From the NCBI RefSeq assembly GCF_031769215.1, contig NW_026782091.1:1054001-1118000 (forward strand): 64,000 nucleotides of DNA, written 5' to 3'. The notes beneath the pieces were generated by a model that saw only the letters and a program-made list of their open reading frames with translations, was not told the origin of the DNA and did not search any database. Within the stretch, counting starts at the first letter, position 1. Each line of letters begins with the position of its first letter. Shown piece after piece: positions 35,761 to 46,149 of this stretch. This DNA is from Ylistrum balloti (taxonomy: Eukaryota). The translations under genes were made by a program, and so were the position numbers.

Positions 35761-37889
35761 GATATTTTTTTCATATTTTATTTACTGGAAATGTTGTTTT
35801 ATACTAATATATAATATGTAAATAAAGACTTGTATAAAGTTTCGAACTTGAAATTGAAAGGGTACCGAAGATATCGGTGCCGGAATAAGTCTCATTACAC
35901 GTTTTCTTTCCCGCTTCCCTCGCACGCTTTCTGCCATGTTGGAAGACCGCAGATTATTTACAGTTCTTTGCGCATGCGTCAGAGGGCAGGACTTCCCGCA
36001 TAATTATGAATTAGCACTGAGTCGTTTCGAATAATTCAAACAAATATTTATTACGTTAAATTTTAAGCGATTTACTTTAAAAGTGTGGTATTACAGGGTT
36101 AGTCAGAACTTTTGCTACCCGAGAAAAATAGAAAATCATGAATTTTTTTATATAAAATAATATCGGTCGAGGAATGGGTCTGGCTCTTTAAAAGCCTGCT
36201 GCCCCTGAAGAAATTCTACCGAAGATTCGTCTGAAGAATACTTTGGTGAAGGGAATTCAATTTTGTATAAATGTACGTCTTGAAGATCCTGTCTCAATTT
36301 GGTCTGAAGCATCAATGGTTTTGCTTAACCCTATGGATAGATAGTTAGATCACAAAGGGGAAAACGGATATATTGTGTGTTGTGTGCTTAGTTTTGATGA
36401 AGCGATTTAATCCAAGCAAAGTCATATGAGCTATACATGACCGTTGGTCCTCTTGTTGCGACATATAGAAAATATCTTGCCAACAAAGTCAGATGATTTA
36501 ATTACAATGTACTACGAATGAAGTGGGGTTTTTTTCGAAGAAAAATATGGTTGAGAAAGGCCACAATTATGTTATTCTTCAGATGGAACCTGTCAGACAA
36601 TAAATCAGGCCTATTAAATATGTAGTACAGTGTACAAGTGTATATCAGTTAAGAAATGAAGAATATGTTCGCAGGAATTTGTTAATTAACTACATATATC
36701 TTGCTTGTGACATACTCGAGAGAAAAGTTGATAAGTTATTAAGATACACAATAACTGATGAAACGTTTGTCAGGGTACACAGAAATCGATGACGTATTCG
36801 TGAAGTAAGCAGTTACGTGTGAATTAAGTCCACATCTAAAACTAAATAACATCGTATCGAAATTTCGAGTTAAAATAAAACACAACGTGGCCGGAATACG
36901 CTTCCGTATATTAGTATGATGCATAAGATTTCAACCGATTCAAGATGTCAGTTTAGAACATTGGAATAAAACTAGTCATAATAGTCATGTGTTGTGTTTC
37001 TTATTAAAGAAAGCAATAGAGATAGACATGTAATTACAAAGGCAGACAAAACAAATATCAGACGCTGCACAGAGATAAGTAAGTATCAGATCAGTAAGAC
37101 GGACAGACAGATGAAAACAAAGACATATAAGCACAAAGGCAATTGACACAGGGACAATTGTCGACAGATTAGAGAGAGACAGGCCTTCCAAAACTCCAAC
37201 AGTATAAAATCAAATAGACATTACTTTATTGAAAAACATTTGCTCTAAGCCAACTGTCAGAGTTCCGAATGCATTAATAAATAAGAATGGGTATAGACAG
37301 AAATGACAAAACTTTTCAATTTAAGTCTACATAAGTAAAAGGGTTTTTCCAATTTGCCATTTTCATTAATAGTTTTCAGAAATGGCTCTAGAAATATCTC
37401 GGGGATACCAAACATGGGTGATGTTAGTAGTTTTGAAATAATTGCAGTTCAAGAACATCAGAAATGCTTGCTCATCTGACAGTATGGTCCCCTTTCCCAT
37501 TCGCAACAGATACTTTCTATGCACAGATTGTAATATACATGCTGGTACTGCTTGCTACTGGTCAATGTCGTCGGGAACCATCGACAGATATATTCTTGAT
37601 TACGGAAAGGGCCGATGGTTCCCGATTGAGTGAAGCACTGGCCTGGCGGAGAGTAACGAAAACCGGGAATAGGCTTTAAACTATTTCTGCTTTGACCTAC
37701 GGACTAAGATTATTTTGTTTTCAAAACATTGCGATTTATCCAAGACGTATGAGTCGTATGAGGAAGCATCCATATCGAGTTCGTTTGATGATACAGGAAT
37801 GCCTGTTTCGTTAGTAATCTCGTCGTAAATACTGTTTTCTGGATGATCTTCACAGTTAAGGCCACCCCGTGTGACTTTATCCGTGTTGT

Positions 37890-38888
37890 TCACTTCTTTC
37901 GATCGTAATTATCTGCCACCTTCTTGTCAGCGTAGACAGTCCATAAAGCAATTAGAAAACACTCAATGCACATCACCAACAACACCGTCCCGTAAGAATT
38001 GTCAAATAACCCGCTATTTCTTGTCATATGATATACATATTTTATAGAAGAAGAGGATCTCAATTCCTCAATCGTCACGTTGATGAAATTATTCACAGAT
38101 ATCACAAGAATGACATGGTGGATCTGGTGAGATTGTCCAATAACATCAAACGTTTTGGGGATCAAGCGTTCTGGAACGTGTGCAACATATACCAAAACGT
38201 TGGCCTGGAATAATATCACGTGATATTTATGTAACTGTAAAGTATCGTCATGGTAACTGTCCTCTGGCCAGAAGTATCGTTGTATCAGTGGCACCATAAA
38301 CCACAGGTAACTCGAATAAGTGACGAAGCATTGAAACATCTTGCAGATTTTATGAGTTCTTCCAAACCGAATTTTCGAATATGAAAGCAGTACAGAAAAT
38401 TGCACTGTTAAGTATATGAACCCTAGTCTTGAATATTTGACAAGGAAAGATGCCAGACTTGATCCTCTTACGAAATAGGAATGGCTTATCATAGTACATC
38501 CCATAGAATGTAATGCTATAGCATTATAGTCCATGCAGAAACATGAATAATGCGCTACCTCCGATCTGTCGCCAAAAGTATGAGCGAAAGAACTAACAGC
38601 CAGAAGAGTCAAGATGCATAGCAACCCTGCTCCCAACGGTCGATACATGGGGTCGTATAAAAAATCGTAGGTCAAGGACATGTCATAAGTTCTGTATGCT
38701 ATAAATAGAAAGCCAATGACATGTGTCCATACATTGAACGTCTGGTTGTTGGCGTGAAAGACACTGATAAAGTAATAGAACCATGGCTGGTGTGGTTGCC
38801 GGTAACCCGTATGTATGTGTTTCTTACAAATTTCAGACGGCATTCGTTCAGCCAAAGTCAATGTCGGTGGAGAATTGGGGAACTTCAT
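37890..38888 (-). CDS. PAQR-family membrane progestin receptor alpha/beta-like, copy 2 (332 aa; C-terminal tail lost by an apparent 1-nt deletion)
   Basis: All seven TM segments are intact, with NQTFNVWTH, SSFAH, MDY, HVPER and GQSHQIHH. Acceptor TTTTCAG lies 12 nt before the ATG. Confidence 0.9.
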   Translation of the reverse strand: MKFPNSPPTLTLAERMPSEICKKHIHTGYRQPHQPWFYYFISVFHANNQTFNVWTHVIGFLFIAYRTYDMSLTYDFLYDPMYRPLGAGLLCILTLLAVSSFAHTFGDRSEVAHYSCFCMDYNAIALHSMGCTMISHSYFVRGSSLASFLVKYSRLGFIYLTVQFSVLLSYSKIRFGRTHKICKMFQCFVTYSSYLWFMVPLIQRYFWPEDSYHDDTLQLHKYHVILFQANVLVYVAHVPERLIPKTFDVIGQSHQIHHVILVISVNNFINVTIEELRSSSSIKYVYHMTRNSGLFDNSYGTVLLVMCIECFLIALWTVYADKKVADNYDRKK

Positions 38889-39690
38889 TTTTCTTAGTTC
38901 CTGAAAATTAGATAAATCAATAGCTAACAGCATGAATGTAAATGTGAACGAAATTGTATCGATTTTCTAAACTCCATCTTCGGCATTGACGTCATCAACT
39001 ATTAACAGACGTATAGATGGATACTTTACAATAATAAAGATTTTACGTATTTAACTTTGATTCTAAATATGGCAAATAAATTTCGGGTTTTGAAGATTTT
39101 TTTTCGGGAATGTCCGGCGTTATTTGAATTTTACGTCACATGAATGGTTCCGTCTTCATTAGAAGTAAGACGGTTTCGGATTTAAGAACATCCAAGAGTA
39201 CACAACAGTGTATAAAGTAAATAAAAAAAAATAAAGTAGATTATTAGATAAGAAATAATATTATGTTCGTCTCATGACGACAAATAAAATAAATTACCTT
39301 ATAAGGTGATGAAACAGATTCCAATACAAACGATTCCGTATGATTGATCCTACTGAAAGGTAGTCGGTAGGTATGGTGACTGAAGTCTATATGATCGTGT
39401 CGGTAAGATCTATCATGTTGTATCAAATACCATGATGTAAGGCCTAAAGGCAAAAAATGTCGGAACAACAAATCGGAATACATTAACATAATTATAATGC
39501 TACCCGTGAAGTCACGAATATTTGTAGGGTTAGCTAGGGGTATTACTTTATAACACATAAATAATAAAACTTTACATAAAGATAAATTTTTTATCAATAT
39601 CGCATCAGTTGTCTTGGCTAAAATATCAATTAATTATTTCTATTACAAAAAACAAATCATGTTGTGTATGTAACCGAGGTCATTGTTCAT

Positions 39691-39756
39691 TTCAATAGGA
39701 CTCGAACTAGGGACCTCTGGGTTACTAGTTTGACGCTCAACCGATCAAGGTTAAGT
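39691..39756 (-). mobile_element. Degenerate tRNA(Thr-like)-derived SINE head
   Basis: The minus strand reads ATCGGTTGAGCGTCAAACTAGTAACCCAGAGGTCCCTAGTTCGAGTCC: A-box-like, an anticodon-loop-like CTAGTAA, and B-box GTTCGAGTCC. No acceptor stem. Confidence 0.5.
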
Positions 39757-40279
39757 GAAGTTTACTTGAGTTGAGAAGTGTATTGTTGCTAGCATTTTTA
39801 AGAACACAAACACATGATATTCAGAAATTTCAATGTTATCACAATCATATATTTTTGTCAATTACAAGCTACTTTTTTTTGGAGTTGACCACGTGATATT
39901 GGTGATCAGAGGAAAAGATATTAACCGAATATCTCTCTTGGGTTAATATGATCCCATATTGACTTTAACCCGTATTTCTGAAGTCCTTCGAAATGGTTTT
40001 CCCTCTGAAAAAGAAAGAAAGAAAGGAAAATGCCAAAAGGACGAAAATTTGAGTTTAGTACAAGAGCTGAGACGTCACAATGAAAGTGAAGTCCTATGAC
40101 AAGTTGGTATCGCATATCATTAAATTCCAAGTTATTTTTCGGAAATAGCTTTAATTTTGTTTCAGTCCATATACACTTAATTCGAAGACGAAGAATATCA
40201 TCTGAACCGACATTTTAACGTAGATATTTTGCCATGCGCTGACTTATACAATGACGACCAGGATTGTATTGCTCGCCAA

Positions 40280-41443
40280 TCATTGTGATTTTTTCAAGAT
40301 GTTTGCGTCGTCTGAGGGAGCGTCCATGTTTTGTTCCTCTGTTGACGTTCGAATGACAGTATTTGTGTCTTCGTCGCAAACCTCGTCGTTAGATACGTGT
40401 GCTTGATCGTTGAGATCACTCCGTTTTACTTTACCAGTGCTGGTCAATTCTGCCGAATCCGAACTTCTTGCAACCTTTATAATTGCATAGAGTGAGGCTA
40501 GAACTACCATGAAACAATTAAAATACATCACCAACATTACCGCCCCGTACGAATTCTCAAATGTCCCTAGTTTTCGGGTCATGTATTTCAGAATTTTGAT
40601 AGAAGATGAAGATTTTATTTCCTCAGTAGTGACGTTGATAAAATTATTCACAAATACCACCATGGCGATATGTTGTAATTGATGGGATTGGCCGATGATG
40701 TCGAACGTCCTAGGAAACCATCGTTCAGGAACGTGTGCACTATATATTAAAATATTGAGCTGGAAATATATTATATGATACATATGAAGTCCTAAGGTGT
40801 TGTCTTGGTAGTTGTGCTCTGGCCAAAAGTATCGTTGTATTATTGGCACCATAAACCACACGTAACTCGAATAAACAGTAAAACACTGGAAAACTTTGCA
40901 CAGTTTGTTAGCTCTTCCAAAACGAAGTTTTGAAAAGGAAAGCAATACTGAAAATTGCATTGCCAAATATATACATCCGGGTCTTGACCATTTCACAAGA
41001 AACTTTGCAAGGCTCTTTTCCGTCGTGAAATATGTATGACTGATCAGGGCGCAACCCATTGAATACAAACCAATGGCGTCGAAGTCCATGCAAAAGCAAG
41101 TGTAATGGGCAACCTCCGATCTGTCGCCAAACGTGTGAGCGAAAGAACTAACAGCCAGAAGAGTCAAGATGCATAGCAACCCTGCTCCCAACGGTCGATA
41201 CATGGGATCGTTTAAAAAATCGAAGGTCAAGGACATGTCATATGTTTTGTATGCTATAAATAGAAAGCCAATGACATGTGTCCATACATTGAGCGTCTGG
41301 TTGTTGGCGTGGAAGACACTGATGACGTAATAGAACCAAGGCTGGTGTGGTTGCCGGTAACCCGTATGTATGTGTTTCTTACAAATTTCAGACGGCATTC
41401 TTTCAGCCAAGGTCAATGTCGGTGGAGAATTGGGGAACTTCAT
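40280..41443 (-). CDS. PAQR-family membrane progestin receptor alpha/beta-like, copy 3 (387 aa, acidic C-terminal tail)
   Basis: Intact ORF with NQTLNVWTH, SSFAH, MDF, HVPERWFP and GQSHQLQH. The acceptor is identical to that of copy 2 (exon starts at 41455). Confidence 0.92.
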   Translation of the reverse strand: MKFPNSPPTLTLAERMPSEICKKHIHTGYRQPHQPWFYYVISVFHANNQTLNVWTHVIGFLFIAYKTYDMSLTFDFLNDPMYRPLGAGLLCILTLLAVSSFAHTFGDRSEVAHYTCFCMDFDAIGLYSMGCALISHTYFTTEKSLAKFLVKWSRPGCIYLAMQFSVLLSFSKLRFGRANKLCKVFQCFTVYSSYVWFMVPIIQRYFWPEHNYQDNTLGLHMYHIIYFQLNILIYSAHVPERWFPRTFDIIGQSHQLQHIAMVVFVNNFINVTTEEIKSSSSIKILKYMTRKLGTFENSYGAVMLVMYFNCFMVVLASLYAIIKVARSSDSAELTSTGKVKRSDLNDQAHVSNDEVCDEDTNTVIRTSTEEQNMDAPSDDANILKKSQ

Positions 41444-43768
41444 TTTTCTTAGTTCCTGAAAATTAGATAAATCAATGGATAAATACGTTTCATAGATGCC
41501 TCGCCATTGATACAAAGCCCGGCAGCAAAAACAAAAACAACAACAAAATAATCACTTATTGGAATAGAGTTGTTAAGAATGAAAAAATAGGTGGCAAATT
41601 TTTGATCAAGTAAAATAAATGAATTTAATAATACGATTGACTATTAAGCATAGACTGAAACGTGTACTTGTAAGTATAAAATTCGTACAAAAATCAGTCG
41701 GTGATAAGCAAGCCCTACCGTTACTATACTGTTTGAAGATTAATACTCGGAGAATTGTAAAAAGAAATATTTAAGTCTATTGAATACTGCTGTCATCAAA
41801 CCATGAACGAACCAAACCGAGTAGATTATTGATGTATTCTAGAATTTCGCCTGAAAAATGGACGATTAAATTGAAGAGAAATACAAGCAAATTGGTCAGA
41901 GTTACTAAATACGTGTACATTTTACGTTATTGGATTTTTTTTATTCATTATTAAGATAATATTTCTTTAGTTTAATTAAATTTGATTTTTAAAAATATCA
42001 GTATTAAACTTCATTAGATATCAAAACATGGTCTTGTACTGACAGCATTAAGATTTCACATAAATACGCGTATTTTCGAAAGTGTGACGTTAAAACTCCA
42101 TGACGTCAGATCTGCTGCATATAAAAAGTATCCACTGCATGGAATAGTGGCTAGGATTTTCTGTAAAAAGAGCTGTGCAATGCCTTACCTGTGATAATTG
42201 TGTCGCGTGAAGACAAACAGCGATATTAGCTACTTCGTACTAGTTTATCAACAGTGAAGTACCCGGATGAACGAAGACTTCTAGGGTCAGCCTGTTCCAT
42301 CATACTAACCAACTGTCAGCTACTTAACGCCTCGGGGTCGTTTGCACGAATACAGGTGTGTGGAGAGACATCACTGTAATATGATATAATACTCTTCTTG
42401 GTCACATTTTGACAAGTAGGCTTGAGATAAATGGTCAGTAGGTGAAAACAGATGCATGTGATATGGAATGTTTACAACTAACGCAACGCTGTTTCAGACT
42501 ATATTTCATCGGATTCTGGAAGTTTTTTTTTTACGAAACATTTCTGACGGTGGCGAGTTTCACTAATTTCAAATAAAAAAAAACTGCCTAAGATATTTAC
42601 TTCAGACCCATGGTTTCTTATCATGCTTGTTTTTAATTTTCATGTTTGTAATGTGACGGGGTCGTTTTATTCGAATCCTGTAACGACTTTGCCTTTCTCC
42701 TGGACCACTATGTTTTTCAACTGGCTGTGAATTTTAAAAAATCTAATCCAATCAAACAGTGATAGTAATGTACAGAGGACGAATTTACTCTGGCGTTAGA
42801 CAGGGACCTATTGTACTGTTTTGCCTTTCGTATCTTTAGGCGATCTTCCGGGTTATTTTCACCTCACTGTTACCAGACACAGAATAGCTAAATACCCCTT
42901 TGTGGCAATCGCGGACTAAGAATTGGAAAGTATCCAAAACTTCCGGGTTCAACGGTTTTAAAGATGTTTGCTGCTAAGGTATTGCATTGAGTGGTTCTGC
43001 ATAAACCTGTCCATTTTTATCTTAAATAATTCCATCATTATCTTTGTTTCGGTTTTCTTCTTGTCTATTGTTTTAAGTAAATATAGACATAGTGTGTTGC
43101 ATTTTCCTTCAAATTTGTCTTTTTTTTCAATTAAAGATAATTCAATCGAATTAAAGATATTACATATTACATCATTCAACAGAAATATCGGTCAATATTT
43201 TTTTCTACCAGGTTGATTTAACATCTTATTGACCTCATCAGGAGTCCTTAATCGATAAATTTGTGATATCATTAAACATCCGATTTATTCAAATTCCGCT
43301 ATATAAGCATGGAGATTATTCTGTGATATCATTAATTCGAATTCATGACGTCTACTGCAACTTCTTCATAGATTTATCGCTAAATTCAGTTTAGTCTTGT
43401 GAATTATTCAATTAGTCCTATCAATAAGTAATAATTCAGTCCGGGGTTAAATCTTCAGATGTACTTCTGCAAAAATACATTCTAGCTAACCTGGCCTGAA
43501 GTGCCGAGTGAGCTTACCGCGGTGTCCGTCGTCCGTACAACCCCAACGCCCAGTGTTACTTAAGTCACAAACTAACCTATGAATAGAGGTCTCTGTTTCT
43601 TGTTCTTGTTCCATTTCAGTTCTGCATGTGAATTTTTGTTCCCGAAGTTTGCTGTAATCTGTAACTTGAACTTGAACAGTATTGTGATTCAGAGTAAACA
43701 CATCTACCCGAATTCTTTACAAGCATCCTGTATTTAAATATCAGCACTTTTGACTAATTTGGATCGTA

Positions 43769-43856
43769 ATAGTTTCCTAGGTTTCAACCATTTTGACGTT
43801 TAGCATCTCTGACGAGCCATAGAAGGTTAAACAGCTATGAAGGTTGAAACAACTAT
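43769..43856 (+). other. Decayed type I hammerhead ribozyme motif (Penelope-like element type)
   Basis: Stem I pairs ATAGTT/AACTAT and GTTTCAACC/GGTTGAAAC. It encloses CTGACGAG, stem II CC-ATAGAA-GG, TTAAAC (for CGAAAC) and the palindromic AGCT loop. Catalytic positions are mutated. Confidence 0.55.
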
Positions 43857-43970
43857 AAAATGTACTTAATGAAACGCCGAGGCTCTATTCGCAACTTCTT
43901 GGGCGATTTCCAGTACAAGTGATGTCAATTCTGCAGAGTTATTTCCCCTTAGACCACGCCAATTTTTGGC

Positions 43971-44260
43971 AAAGAACACAGATGCAAAATTATCAAGTAT
44001 TTAACATAGTTATCCAATTATTACATTATTTCCCCTATACAAATCCTATTTTCCACACTCTGCCAATTTTTGATAAAAAGTGTTTGCTTCAAAGAACACA
44101 GATGCAAAATTATCAAGTATTTAACATAGTTATCCAATTATTACATACACACAATCGATGCTTTCTACAACAAATCTATACAAATCCTATTTTCCACAGG
44201 CTCTGTGTTAACAGTGTTAAACTGCACGTTTCGCGTTATAACGTGTATAAAAAGTGTTTG
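43971..44260. repeat. Local direct duplication (56-bp identical core at 120-bp spacing)
   Basis: AAAGAACACAGATGCAAAATTATCAAGTATTTAACATAGTTATCCAATTATTACAT occurs at 43971 and 44091. Confidence 0.85.
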
Positions 44261-46149
44261 ATTAAAAAACATTTTTTTCATACCACTGGTTTATTTGCGT
44301 ATTTACAACACGTTTTAAATTTTTTGCTTTGACACCATTAGGCTTTCGTAGATTCGGATACTGAAATGGCATTAAAAATTTTGTCTGGAGAAAATTCAAA
44401 CACACGAAAAAATTATTCAGAGTTAGTGTCATAAGATATTTCTTGACTATCAAATAATAACAAGTATAGATCGCTATGTACTTGTAAATTAAAGTTGTTT
44501 AATGGTATCTCCAAAAGAATGTCTCATTCTGTCATAACGACCATATTCAAAGAAAAAAGGTGACAAGCATTCGCAGAAATATGCCCATGAGTAAAACTGG
44601 ATATCTGCCATGGTCACTCAGCACAAGTTATAGATTAAATCTAAACTTTGTGTGAATGACATGCGGTTTCCAAAACCAAAATTAGAGATTTTTTTTTAAT
44701 TCCCAAGGAACGCTTACGGAATTATCATCATGAATAAAGGAATGAAGAAGTGCAGACAGATAGTATGGTGTGTAATTGATCTGCATCTTATACAAAAGTC
44801 GAAATTTTTTTTTCATTCTCAAAGAAAAAAATATTTCTATTACATACAAATATGGAGCAACATGGCTTGGACTTAACTCAGACGGATGGATGGACGGACG
44901 GACGGACGGCAGGACACATTCTTTATTCGGTTTGCTAATACTAAATGCAATCAGGGAAACAACAAATTCTACAATTCAATACAAGACAAATGATCGCACA
45001 AGTTGATACAGAACGTTGCACAATAATGAGTTTTTCTTTTTACTTTTTGAAAGATATCGTTCTTTATAACTATGTCGGAAACCAGGTGCTACTATTATTT
45101 TTAAATCGTTTGGAGTGCTTTAATACACGCATCGTTGTTACGTAGACGAATGAATGGGAAAGTTCCTTACATGTTTCGCGCGTGCCGCGTCGCAGTGAAT
45201 TCTGTATCGAAGAAACGGGAACCAACTCAAACACCGTGTACGAGTACACAAACAACATCTTAACAATCCGGAGTACAGAGAAATTAAACAGAGCGAATAT
45301 CTTGATATATATATATACATATATTCAAAATAAAGACCCGAAGCGGAAGATTTTTTTATTTGTTGGGTAGCCTTGTCTATCGCAATCAAAATAGCAATGT
45401 GAGTTTTGTGTGTTGAGAGAATATTAGTGAATTCTTTAAGAATATTTTTTTACTTGAAAGGCCAATTCCAAGATAGTAACCGGAGTCAGACGTGTCGCTT
45501 TTTAGTGGGCACATTTGTTGTAACAAGGGACGAAACAATTGCTTAGCTCCAATAAAAAAAAATCATTTAGAAACTGGTCCGATCGGTGATTCTAATTTTT
45601 TTGTTTAGATTGTCGGTTCGATTTCAGGAAGCGATTTATCAGAATCTAGCTCATTTATGTAACGTCATTATTACAGACAAAACTTCCACCAGTGTTACTA
45701 CTTTTCATCAGCCAAGTTCTTAAAACAATTATAAAAATCATCCAGGTTTGCATTTGGTTTAATTTCGATTTCTCCTCCCACAATTAGATTTATAGCGCGT
45801 TTCCATCTGAGCCACTAGAGTGATTATTATTTGCTTAAAGCTGTTTGAGCCACGGACTTATATTTTTAACTCAATAAAGACCAGTATTCGTATATTATAA
45901 CCATATATCTTAACTTGAAAGAAGACATTATATGTGTCTAATATTTTGTTAGCTAGTATAAAGGGGAATAACTCCTGTCACACTAAACAGTCTAATCAAA
46001 ATTACAATGAGTTATTTCCCTTTATCTTACATGGTAATACGGAGTCGGCACACTGGAACATTATTATTATCATTTATCATTATTATTACAATTACTCAGT
46101 ATTATAATAATCATTATTCTATTTTGGTTCAAACATATTTTATTTCAAC

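Noticed and set aside
37571-37892. Selenocysteine readthrough of the PAQR copy 2 TGA using the downstream hairpin
   Set aside because: The hairpin lacks SECIS core motifs, and the in-frame readthrough is not homologous to copy 3, whereas the -1 frame is.
42095-42130. CRE palindrome plus TATAAAA on the plus strand
   Set aside because: There is no downstream plus-strand exon or ORF, and such short motifs are expected by chance in AT-rich DNA.
45060-45370. Coding-looking patch with several 60-80 aa ORFs
   Set aside because: No recognisable domain and no consistent splice frame.
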